A stretch of 30,618 bases of DNA from the NCBI GenBank assembly GCA_964432255.1, contig CAYSMN010000003.1:1-30618 (forward strand). Direction: 5' to 3'. Positions 1 to 6,995 of this stretch are shown here, one piece after another. The notes beneath the pieces were generated by a model, which saw only the letters and a program-made list of their open reading frames with translations, was not told the origin of the DNA and did not search any database. Made by a program: the position numbers and the translations under genes. Every line of letters starts with the position of its first letter. The stretch's first letter is position 1. This DNA is from an uncultured Methanosarcinales archaeon (lineage in GTDB: Archaea > Nanobdellota > Nanobdellia > Woesearchaeales > ARS49).

Positions 1-157
1 TCTTCATAATCAGAGGGCTCTCCACTGTTTCTTTCCCATAAACCACCCCCCAAAACCCACAAAGAACTGGAGAGCCTTTCTTTTTCCTCAAAATCCATCA
101 GATTTTGATGGACCGAAAACCGCGGGTTTTCGATTTCCTACTAAAATAAACACGGAT

Positions 158-163
158 GGAGGT
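158..163 (+). promoter_or_regulatory. Shine-Dalgarno site of ftsZ2
   Basis: GGAGGT 8 nt upstream of the ATG at 172. Confidence 0.75.
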
Positions 164-171
164 AGAAAAAC

Positions 172-1239
172 ATGGATTTCCTCGTGAAGAGTGCATTGGC
201 AAACGAGCAGCCTAAACAAGAAAACTACGACTTTGGTCAGGCTAATATCAAAGTCATTGGAGTCGGTGGAGCTGGCAATAACATGGTCAGCTGGTTGTAT
301 AAGAAAGGAATAAAGGGTGCTGAGATTATAGTGGTGAACACTGACAAGCAGCACGTTGATATTTCTGAAGGTGACAAGAAGTTCATGATTGGAAAAGACC
401 TTACGAGAGGTCTTGGCTGTGGCGGTTTCCCGCAAAAAGGCGCAGAAGCAGCACAGGAATCTCTCATGCAAATCAAGGAATCCTTGCGCGGTTCAGACAT
501 GGTTTTTGTCTGCGCTGGTATGGGCGGAGGCACTGGTACTGGTGCAGCTCCTGTTGTCGCAAGTGTTGCGAAAGAGATGGGTGCCATTGTTATCGGCACC
601 GTGACTATGCCGTTCAACATTGAGCGTGCTCGTATTGACAAGGCAGAGTTTGGCCTGCAACAGTTAAGACAAGTATCCGACACTGTTGTAGTTATCGACA
701 ACAACCGCCTCGTGCAGATTGCAGGAAACCTGCCGGTTCAGCAGGCTTTTGCTGTCGCAAACGAGCTTGTCTCGACGATGATTAAGGGAATTGTTGAAAC
801 GATTGCCGTTCCAAGCTTAGTCAACCTTGACTATGCAGACGTTAAGGCTATTATGACGCAGGGCGGTGTTGCCGCTATCGGCGTTGGCAGCTCTGACACG
901 AATAACAGAGTTGATGAAGCTGTCAAGGGCGCTTTGGCAAACCCGTTGCTGGACATCAGCTACAAGGGAGCGACCGGCGCACTCATCCACGTCTGGGGCG
1001 GTCCTGACATGACGCTTGAAGAGATTAACAGAGTTGGTGAGCTTGTCACAGAGAGTATGGACGAGGACGCGAACGTCATCTGGGGTGCCCGTGTTTCAGA
1101 GGAAATGAAGGGCAAGTTGATGGTCATGACCATTATCACTGGTGTTTCATCACCGTGGATTTTGGGCAAGTCCGATCCTAGAAGGGCAAGTCCGCAGTCT
1201 CAACGTCTCAATGATGAATTAGGCATTGAGATGCTTTAA
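172..1239 (+). CDS. ftsZ: Cell division GTPase FtsZ, archaeal FtsZ2 type
   Basis: GVGGAGNN, tubulin signature GGGTGTG, T7 loop NLDYAD, NTDKQH and PFNIERAR, which I recall as FtsZ2 rather than FtsZ1 features; C-terminal peptide DELGIEML. Confidence 0.97.
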   Translation: MDFLVKSALANEQPKQENYDFGQANIKVIGVGGAGNNMVSWLYKKGIKGAEIIVVNTDKQHVDISEGDKKFMIGKDLTRGLGCGGFPQKGAEAAQESLMQIKESLRGSDMVFVCAGMGGGTGTGAAPVVASVAKEMGAIVIGTVTMPFNIERARIDKAEFGLQQLRQVSDTVVVIDNNRLVQIAGNLPVQQAFAVANELVSTMIKGIVETIAVPSLVNLDYADVKAIMTQGGVAAIGVGSSDTNNRVDEAVKGALANPLLDISYKGATGALIHVWGGPDMTLEEINRVGELVTESMDEDANVIWGARVSEEMKGKLMVMTIITGVSSPWILGKSDPRRASPQSQRLNDELGIEML

Positions 1240-1242
1240 TTA

Positions 1243-1250
1243 TTTTTTTT
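1243..1250 (+). terminator. Possible oligo-T terminator after ftsZ2
   Basis: T8 run 3 nt after the stop codon. Archaeal terminators are U-tracts, but the next ATG is only 4 nt further on, so read-through is plausible. Confidence 0.4.
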
Positions 1251-1254
1251 ACTT

Positions 1255-1719
1255 ATGGAATTGTCTGATACAGTCAAAGGAGAATTTGAAAGGCGCGAAG
1301 GCCTGAAAGGCCAGTGGTCTTTGGCAGTGCTTAGGCTAAGATATGTTTCTGATGCCCAAGGATTTCTGAAAGGTTTGCGTGAGCATGTGAAGAAGTATGA
1401 TGGCCACGTGCCGCAGGATGTCGTGGTTGAGGGCGAGCTGCCGGACGAATATTTTATCTTCATGCGTGGTCCAGAGGCTGATTGTTGGGATACGTTGTGC
1501 AGATATTTGGGCAATGGCGGATTTCCGCAAGCGTTGCCGAAAGACATTGTTCTTGGCGCTCGTCTGGGCATCGGGCAGTATGCGCCCGGCACGTCACAGG
1601 AGCAATTGATTGAGCAGGGTCGCACCAGGCAATTCATTTATGAAATTGGAGAGCTGCCGATGGAAAGAGCAGCTCCGGTTCGTTCTATTGTCGCAGATGC
1701 ATTTTCTAAAATAGGGTGA
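1255..1719 (+). CDS. Small protein resembling a degenerate GGDEF/nucleotidyl-cyclase domain
   Basis: SLAVLRL (beta1-like), ELPDEYFIFM (at the GGDEF-turn position) and ARLGIGQYAPGTSQEQLIEQG (like SIGVAxY..G.S.E.LL..AD) occur in the correct order and spacing. Confidence 0.6.
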   Translation: MELSDTVKGEFERREGLKGQWSLAVLRLRYVSDAQGFLKGLREHVKKYDGHVPQDVVVEGELPDEYFIFMRGPEADCWDTLCRYLGNGGFPQALPKDIVLGARLGIGQYAPGTSQEQLIEQGRTRQFIYEIGELPMERAAPVRSIVADAFSKIG

Positions 1720-1723
1720 AAAC

Positions 1724-2173
1724 ATGCTTAATTTGTTGTATGCTTTACGGTTACGTACCCCTCCCCAAAAAGAGGAAGCGAGAGCTCCCAGAGATAAGGG
1801 ATTTATTATTGATATTTATGACAGGCTTGAAAGAAATGAGCCTTTTTCTCTCGTGCACATTGTGGTTGATAAAGGCAGCGTGGAGGATATCCATAAATTG
1901 ACAGGCGGAAGAATGACTGGCCCTAGAGGTATTTGTGTTGTCGTGCCGGTTGGGCATGAGTATGAAGTTCATCAATCTCTGGACAAATTAACCGAGGCTC
2001 ATTTCGAGTCGCAGCTTCGTGTCGGTTCTGCGGCGACGTATGTTGGTCGTGATGGCATTACTCCTGGCAAATTATTGGTCGCAGCGCAGAATAATTATAA
2101 GACGATTAAGTATGCAGGGAAGCAGCCGGCTACGCAGCGAAACATGGCGCCTCCTTTGGCTGCTTCAGCGTAA
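1724..2173 (+). CDS. Second degenerate GGDEF-like small protein
   Basis: RNEPFSLVHIVVD (like R..plsll.iDiD) and RVGSAATYVGRDGITPGKLLVAAQNNYKTIKYAGK (like SiGvA.yp.dg.t.eeLl..Ad.alY.AK..Gr); the signature turn is replaced by TGPRG. Starts 4 nt after the upstream stop. Confidence 0.6.
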   Translation: MLNLLYALRLRTPPQKEEARAPRDKGFIIDIYDRLERNEPFSLVHIVVDKGSVEDIHKLTGGRMTGPRGICVVVPVGHEYEVHQSLDKLTEAHFESQLRVGSAATYVGRDGITPGKLLVAAQNNYKTIKYAGKQPATQRNMAPPLAASA

Positions 2174-2205
2174 GCTTTTTCTAGAGGTTGTTTGTTTGAG
2201 CGGAT

Positions 2206-2427
2206 ATGAGAGTGCAGGTTGATTATCGTCTCGTGATTTTGCTCTTGTTAGCAATCGCTTTCTGGTTCAGTGCAATGCAGATGAGAGTTGGCGTGGTCAG
2301 CGCGCCTGAACCGATTGTCATAGAAGACAATTTTATCGACTTTGATTATGAACAGGTGTTTAATCTTCCTGCTGAAGAAGGGTGTTTAGAGGAATCTTCT
2401 CTTCCTTCCCGGTCGCCAGTTCTCTGA
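2206..2427 (+). CDS. Small single-TM hypothetical protein with acidic tail
   Basis: 73 aa with a hydrophobic stretch (LVILLLLAIAFWFSAM) followed by a D/E-rich segment; the 3' end overlaps the hisS 3' end by 68 nt. Confidence 0.45.
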   Translation: MRVQVDYRLVILLLLAIAFWFSAMQMRVGVVSAPEPIVIEDNFIDFDYEQVFNLPAEEGCLEESSLPSRSPVL

Positions 2428-3637
2428 CCGTTACTTTGTTTTCTTTGATGTCTTTCTCGCCTACGATAATGATCTTTTTGGCGCCCAGTGTATTTGCGTA
2501 CTCGAATTGTTTCACCAATTTTCTGCGCATTAAATCAATGTCAACAGTGTATTTTTCCCGCATTTTCTTGGCAATTTCAAGTGCTTTTGGTATCATGTCT
2601 TCGTTGACGGGCGCGACGTAATAGTCAGGCCCAATCTCTGCTTTTGGCAGTTTTCCTTTTTCCTCGAGTAACAAGCGCAATGTTTCCATGCCGATTGCGA
2701 ATCCTGTTGCTGGCGTTGGTTCTCCGCCTAATAATTGGACGAGCTCGTCGTATCTTCCGCCGCCTGCCAGCGCGCGGTATTTTCCTTGTTTGTCAAATGC
2801 TTCGTACACATTGCCGGTGTAGTATGCCAGTCCGCGGGCAATAGAGAGATTTATTGTGATGTATTTTTTGTCAACAAACTGTAAAACGTTCTCAAGCTCA
2901 TTGAGTCCTTCTGTTGCGAGCGCGTTTGGCTTGAGTTCTTTTCTTATTGTTGCGAGAATGCTTGGGCTTCCTTGGCATTTGGTGATTTTTTTGATAACTT
3001 CTATTTTTTGGAGGTCAAGGCCTAATTTCTTTAGCTCTTGCGCGAACTCTATTTCTCCTATTTTGTTTGATTTGTCGACGATACGTACAATGTCAGGAAG
3101 TTTCTCTTGAGAAGTCACTTCCAATAACAATCCTTCAAGCAATTTTCTGTTGTTTATCCTAATCGTGAAGTCTTTTTCTGTCAAGCCAAGGCTTTCAAGG
3201 CATGCAATTATCAAATTAATGCACAAAGCATCTGCTTCCGGCTTGTCTGTGCCGAATAATTCCGCAGAAAGTTGTGTGAACTCTCTCATTCTGCCTGCCT
3301 GTGGTGCTTCGTACCTCCACATTTTGTTTACAGAGAACCATTTGACCGGCTTTTGCAGTTCTTTTTGCTTCGCAATGAACATTCTCGTCATAGGTACTGT
3401 TAAGTCAAACCTTAATCCGAGTTCTTCACTGCCTTTTTTCTCAAACACAAAGATTTGTTGTTTGACTTCCTCGCCGCTTTTGGCAGTCAATAATTTCAGA
3501 GTGTCGATTGCAGGCATATCTACGCGCTGGAAGCCGAATTTGCGTGCCTGTTCTGCCAGTTTTGCGTATATCGCTTCGCGTATTGCCTGCTCTGCCGGAT
3601 AAAAATCATCTGCCCCTTTTATGCGTTGGAACTGCAT
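2360..3637 (-). CDS. hisS: Histidine--tRNA ligase
   Basis: KGADDF, LRFDLTVP, motif 2 WRYEAPQAGRMREFTQ, RGLAYYTG, GGGRYD, motif 3 GFAIGMETL, and a C-terminal anticodon-binding domain. Confidence 0.97.
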   Translation of the reverse strand: MQFQRIKGADDFYPAEQAIREAIYAKLAEQARKFGFQRVDMPAIDTLKLLTAKSGEEVKQQIFVFEKKGSEELGLRFDLTVPMTRMFIAKQKELQKPVKWFSVNKMWRYEAPQAGRMREFTQLSAELFGTDKPEADALCINLIIACLESLGLTEKDFTIRINNRKLLEGLLLEVTSQEKLPDIVRIVDKSNKIGEIEFAQELKKLGLDLQKIEVIKKITKCQGSPSILATIRKELKPNALATEGLNELENVLQFVDKKYITINLSIARGLAYYTGNVYEAFDKQGKYRALAGGGRYDELVQLLGGEPTPATGFAIGMETLRLLLEEKGKLPKAEIGPDYYVAPVNEDMIPKALEIAKKMREKYTVDIDLMRRKLVKQFEYANTLGAKKIIIVGEKDIKENKVTVRELATGKEEKIPLNTLLQQED

Positions 3638-3661
3638 AGTCTTTTGTTTGGTCGTTATTTG

Positions 3662-3669
3662 TTTATAAA
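3662..3669 (-). promoter_or_regulatory. TATA box of hisS (leaderless spacing)
   Basis: TTTATAAA about 24 nt upstream of the hisS ATG at 3637. Confidence 0.65.
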
Positions 3670-3791
3670 GATAACTAGAAGAATCTCGGTTATTGGTGAA
3701 CTAAACCAGCTCGTTTCATGAAAGAAAAAGTGCATAGTGCAGAATATAAATCTTTCTGTGAAAGTGAAAGTAAGACAAACCGTTCATCATC

Positions 3792-3799
3792 TTTATAAA
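3792..3799 (+). promoter_or_regulatory. TATA box of the membrane protein gene
   Basis: TTTATAAA 22 nt upstream of the ATG at 3822, which supports that start over the TTG at 3810. Confidence 0.65.
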
Positions 3800-3821
3800 C
3801 GCCTATATCTTGAAACAGCGT

Positions 3822-4631
3822 ATGCCTAAGAAAAAGAAGGTTAAGAAAGCCGCAGTAAAAGTGCGGAGTAAAAAGAAAGAGGCTCTGCAGGAACAAACTA
3901 TTCAGCCTATTGCTACTCGTGAGCTTCCTCCTCAGCCTGAAGTTAAGGAAGTCACGCAGCCTGAAGTAAAGGAAGCGGTTGTGGAGGCTGAGGCAGAATC
4001 AGCAGAAACTCCTGCAATGGAAGAGCCTGAGCACAAGGAATCGCATAAGCAAGTGATTATCGGTGAATCAATTGAGTTTGGCTGGAAAGCGGTGAAGTCT
4101 CATCTCGGATTCTTTATTGGCATTTTCCTGCTTTTTGGCGCGCTTTCGTTTATGGTGTATGGTGCGGAGGCTTTCGGCACTCGGATAGTGCTCGGTCTTC
4201 TTGTCACAGGAATAAGTTTGGGTTTCATTAAAATCGCAGTTGATATGGCTGATAAAAAGGCTCCTGAGTTTAAGGAGTTGTTCTCTTGTTTTTCGCTGTT
4301 GTTGAAATACGTTGTGGCAAGTGCTTTGTACGCGGTCGTCGTGGCCGTTGGTCTTGTGCTGTTCGTCATTCCTGGTATTATCTGGGCGGTTCAATTTGGC
4401 TTTTATCCGTATGTTATCGTTAAGGAAAGGCTTGGGCCTTTGTCTGCTTTGAGGAAGAGTTCAGAATTGACCGCGGGAGTTAAAGGAAGGCTTATCATGT
4501 TCGCTCTTTGTTTGCTCGGCATCAATTTGCTTGGAGTTGTTGCTCTTGGCCTTGGAGTTATCATAACTGTTCCTTTGAGTTTGATTGCTGCAGCTCATGT
4601 CTTCCATCAGCTTGAGAAACAGCATATTTAA
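3822..4631 (+). CDS. Integral membrane protein (DUF975-like) with a long charged N-terminal tail
   Basis: K-rich then E/P-rich N-terminus, followed by a multi-TM domain with IGESIEFGWK, FKELFS, LFVIPGII, LGPLSALRKSSELTAG and GLGVIITVP. Confidence 0.75.
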   Translation: MPKKKKVKKAAVKVRSKKKEALQEQTIQPIATRELPPQPEVKEVTQPEVKEAVVEAEAESAETPAMEEPEHKESHKQVIIGESIEFGWKAVKSHLGFFIGIFLLFGALSFMVYGAEAFGTRIVLGLLVTGISLGFIKIAVDMADKKAPEFKELFSCFSLLLKYVVASALYAVVVAVGLVLFVIPGIIWAVQFGFYPYVIVKERLGPLSALRKSSELTAGVKGRLIMFALCLLGINLLGVVALGLGVIITVPLSLIAAAHVFHQLEKQHI

Positions 4632-4685
4632 TCGCAATAATCTTTATTAAGTGCAGATTGATTTTGCAGAATGAGGTGGCGTGAT

Positions 4686-5042
4686 ATGAAAGAATTTGGA
4701 CCTTTTGCATTGAGGATTGGTGTCGGTGGCATCTTTTTGACGACCGGCATTATGAAAATTTTGAACCCGTCGGCTGTTGTGGGAATGCTTGAGAGCATGG
4801 GCTTTCCAGGTCCTGCTTTTTGGACTTGGGTGCTGATACTTGCGGAATTGCTCTGTGGCGCCGCAGTTTTGACAGGTTTTAAGATTAAGTGGACTGCTTT
4901 GCCTTTGGCAATAGTAATGCTCGTAGCCATTGCTGTGAACTTTGACAATGCGATGATAGTGTTAAATAACCTGGTAATCCTCTCAGGCCTTGTCTCTCTC
5001 TGGCTGTCTGGTCCTGGCGCTTGGGCGTTGGATAAGAAATAA
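4686..5042 (+). CDS. DoxX family membrane protein
   Basis: LRIGVGGIFLTTGIMKI, AELLCGAAVLTG and C-terminal GPGAWALD. The SD GAGGTG at 4673-4678 favours the ATG at 4686 over 4671. Confidence 0.88.
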   Translation: MKEFGPFALRIGVGGIFLTTGIMKILNPSAVVGMLESMGFPGPAFWTWVLILAELLCGAAVLTGFKIKWTALPLAIVMLVAIAVNFDNAMIVLNNLVILSGLVSLWLSGPGAWALDKK

Positions 5043-5044
5043 TT

Positions 5045-5104
5045 CTTTTCTCTGAGCGAAGCGAAGGGAAAAGTGCTCGTTGACGAGCGAAAGCGAGTCA
5101 GCGA
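5045..5104 (+). repeat. Two tandem REP-like hairpins with GA-GC-GAA(A)-GC-GA apices
   Basis: CTTTTCTCT-GAGCGAAGCGA-AGGGAAAAG (5045-5073) and TCGTTGAC-GAGCGAAAGCGA-GTCAGCGA (5077-5104). Confidence 0.7.
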
Positions 5105-5106
5105 CA

Positions 5107-5119
5107 TTTTTTCTTTTTT
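5107..5119 (+). terminator. U-tract terminator after the DoxX gene and hairpins
   Basis: TTTTTTCTTTTTT directly after the second hairpin. Confidence 0.55.
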
Positions 5120-5128
5120 GAAGTAACA

Positions 5129-5136
5129 TTTATATA
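5129..5136 (+). promoter_or_regulatory. TATA box of the MBL/DUF1385/small membrane protein operon
   Basis: TTTATATA 22 nt before the ATG at 5159, with purine-rich GAAGTAA upstream. Confidence 0.65.
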
Positions 5137-5158
5137 CGATGCACGCGCCACTTCGCCC

Positions 5159-5788
5159 ATGCGTTTGACATGGTTTGGCCATTCTTCTGTCAAGATTGAA
5201 GCAGATAATCAAATTATATATATCGACCCATATGCTGGTCCTGATAATTGGTATACGCCTGGAAACATCGTTCTTATTTCGCGGTTTCATTTCGACCATT
5301 GCAGCGTTGAGAAAGTAAGAAGGGCGTCGCATGACCACACGCACATTTTGGGCACTGCCGAGGTTGCGCGCGAGATTTTTCCATCAAGCGTTTTGCGCGT
5401 TATGGAGAGCAGAATGTTTGATGGAGTGGAAATTGTTGGCATGCCTGTAGCTAATCCTCATGTTGAGTTTAGGCGTCATACTGAGGAGGGTGACGCGCTG
5501 GGTTTTGTGATTCACGCCGAGAACAAGCTGGTTTACTTTATGGCAGACTCTGATTTTCTGCCGCAAACAATTGATATGAAGCCTGATGTTTTGTTGATAG
5601 CAGTTGGCGGAACATATACTGCTGCGCCTAAGGAGGCTGCGAAGATTGCTGGAACAATCGCGCCAAAGCTTGCTATTCCGATTCATTGGGGCGGTGTTGT
5701 TGGCACGAGGGATGATGCTGAATTGTTCAGCGAGCTGGCGCATGTTCCTGTTAAAATTCTCCAGCCGGGCGAGAGTGTGATGGTATGA
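5159..5788 (+). CDS. Metallo-beta-lactamase-fold protein (UPF0173-like) with a variant metal motif
   Basis: TWFGHSSVKI, IYIDPY, RFHFDH (HxHxDH with the first His replaced by Arg), YFMADSD, AVGGTYT and IPIHWG. Confidence 0.85.
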   Translation: MRLTWFGHSSVKIEADNQIIYIDPYAGPDNWYTPGNIVLISRFHFDHCSVEKVRRASHDHTHILGTAEVAREIFPSSVLRVMESRMFDGVEIVGMPVANPHVEFRRHTEEGDALGFVIHAENKLVYFMADSDFLPQTIDMKPDVLLIAVGGTYTAAPKEAAKIAGTIAPKLAIPIHWGGVVGTRDDAELFSELAHVPVKILQPGESVMV

Positions 5789-6612
5789 AGCCATTGGGCG
5801 GTCAGGCGTTGATGGAGGGCGTGATGATTAAGGCGCCGGATAATGTTTCCATGGCTGCGAGAAAGCCGAACGGAAAAATAGTCACAAAGCGTGAGCGTCA
5901 TATTTCTTTGTCTCAAAAGAGTAAATTGCTAGGTCTGCCGTTCATTCGGGGAGTTATTCAATTGTTTGAGATGATGGTTATCGGCGTCAAGGCTTTGGTA
6001 TGGAGTGCTAACCAGCAGGGCGAGGAGGAAGAGCTTGGCGCGAAGGAATGGTTTTTTGTGTTCTTTTTCGCAATTGCATTGACAATTGGTTTATTCGTTC
6101 TTCTTCCGTATTATGCTGCTAAGTTCTTTTTTGAGCCGCACACCATTCGCTTTGGCCTTGTTGACGGTCTTATCAGGTTGCTGGTCTTTTTGTTGTATTT
6201 GTTCGCGATTGGTTTCATGTCTGATGTCAGAAGAATGTTCCAGTATCATGGCGCCGAGCACATGGCAGTGCATTGCTATGAGCATAAGCTCGCTTTGAAA
6301 GTGCAGAACGTAAAGAAATTTCCTCCGGAGCATCCTAGGTGTGGAACGAGTCTGCTGTTGTTTGTCGTCGCTGTTAGCATAGTTTTATTCTCGTTGATTC
6401 GCACGCCGCATTGGTATTATAATGTGCCCGCGAGAATTTTCCTGATCCCGGTTATAGCTGGAATTTCGTACGAGATGCTCAAGTTCAGCGCGAAATACAA
6501 ATGGCTGAAGTGGCTGTCGTATCCTGGAATTTGGACGCAGAAGCTCACTACAAGAAAGCCAAGCGCAAAACAGATTGAAGTCGCGATTGCGGCTGTAAAC
6601 AAGGCAAAATGA
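5785..6612 (+). CDS. DUF1385 (YqhQ-like) membrane protein
   Basis: GGQALMEGVM, MFQYHGAEH, HPRCGTS and QKLTTRKP; ATGA overlap with the upstream stop. Confidence 0.88.
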   Translation: MKPLGGQALMEGVMIKAPDNVSMAARKPNGKIVTKRERHISLSQKSKLLGLPFIRGVIQLFEMMVIGVKALVWSANQQGEEEELGAKEWFFVFFFAIALTIGLFVLLPYYAAKFFFEPHTIRFGLVDGLIRLLVFLLYLFAIGFMSDVRRMFQYHGAEHMAVHCYEHKLALKVQNVKKFPPEHPRCGTSLLLFVVAVSIVLFSLIRTPHWYYNVPARIFLIPVIAGISYEMLKFSAKYKWLKWLSYPGIWTQKLTTRKPSAKQIEVAIAAVNKAK

Positions 6613-6767
6613 ATCTGAAAAAAGTTTTAGGGCTGGTTGGCGTTATTCTGTGCGTTCTATTGTTGGTTTTGGTGGGCATTCAGGCCATTACTTGGCGCTT
6701 GTTCTGGATTGTTCTCATTATTCTGGCAGGTTTTGCGTATTTTGTGATTCCAAAGATGGAAGATTAA
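6609..6767 (+). CDS. 52-aa two-TM small membrane protein (not in the ORF track)
   Basis: Translated by hand as MNLKKVLGLVGVILCVLLLVLVGIQAITWRLFWIVLIILAGFAYFVIPKMED; ATGA coupling to the DUF1385 stop. Confidence 0.75.
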   Translation: MNLKKVLGLVGVILCVLLLVLVGIQAITWRLFWIVLIILAGFAYFVIPKMED

Positions 6768-6825
6768 ACCCGCGCAGAAAAAGAGGAGTCATGCGCGGGA
6801 TTTTTCTAAGGGTTCTGAGGTGATT

Positions 6826-6942
6826 ATGAACCGGAGGCGTTTTGCCCCCGGCTGCCGCGGGGAATTCTGTGCGGCGGTGATTATATTATCTATTATGGTA
6901 AAAATTGTTATTAAACATGCTTTCAAGAGAATTCAAAAATAA
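6826..6942 (+). CDS. Possible 38-aa small ORF
   Basis: GAGGTGA SD-like sequence immediately before the ATG at 6826; MNRRRFAPGCRGEFCAAVIILSIMVKIVIKHAFKRIQK. It may instead be a non-coding structured region. Confidence 0.25.
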   Translation: MNRRRFAPGCRGEFCAAVIILSIMVKIVIKHAFKRIQK

Positions 6943-6995
6943 GCAGAATGATGCTTGATAATGCTTGAAGAAGCTTTTTTCTGCCTTCTTTTTCT

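Noticed and set aside
1-171. A cdrS (RHH) gene or the 13-aa uORF MDRKPRVFDFLLK (108-149) upstream of ftsZ2
   Set aside because: No RHH-like ORF in any + frame within the window; the uORF has no SD or other support.
88-704. Minus-strand ORFs 88..471 and 237..704
   Set aside because: Antisense to the highly conserved ftsZ, with no recognisable motifs.
1255-2173. Calling the two small ORFs active diguanylate cyclases or Cas10 fragments
   Set aside because: Neither has an intact GG[DE]EF or GGDD motif with the beta1 Asp, and there is no CRISPR context; only fold-level resemblance is claimed.
4628-5344. 238-aa minus-strand ORF
   Set aside because: It overlaps DoxX, the hairpin spacer and the MBL gene, all better supported on +, and has no protein-like features.
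6811-6866. Resemblance to a TPP riboswitch (CTGAG...GAACC...TGCCGCGGGGAA) or a C/D-box sRNA
   Set aside because: The conserved TPP core (CCUGAU, P5 loop UAAU, GCGNAGG) is missing, the C/D box spacing does not fit, and there is no thiamine gene context.
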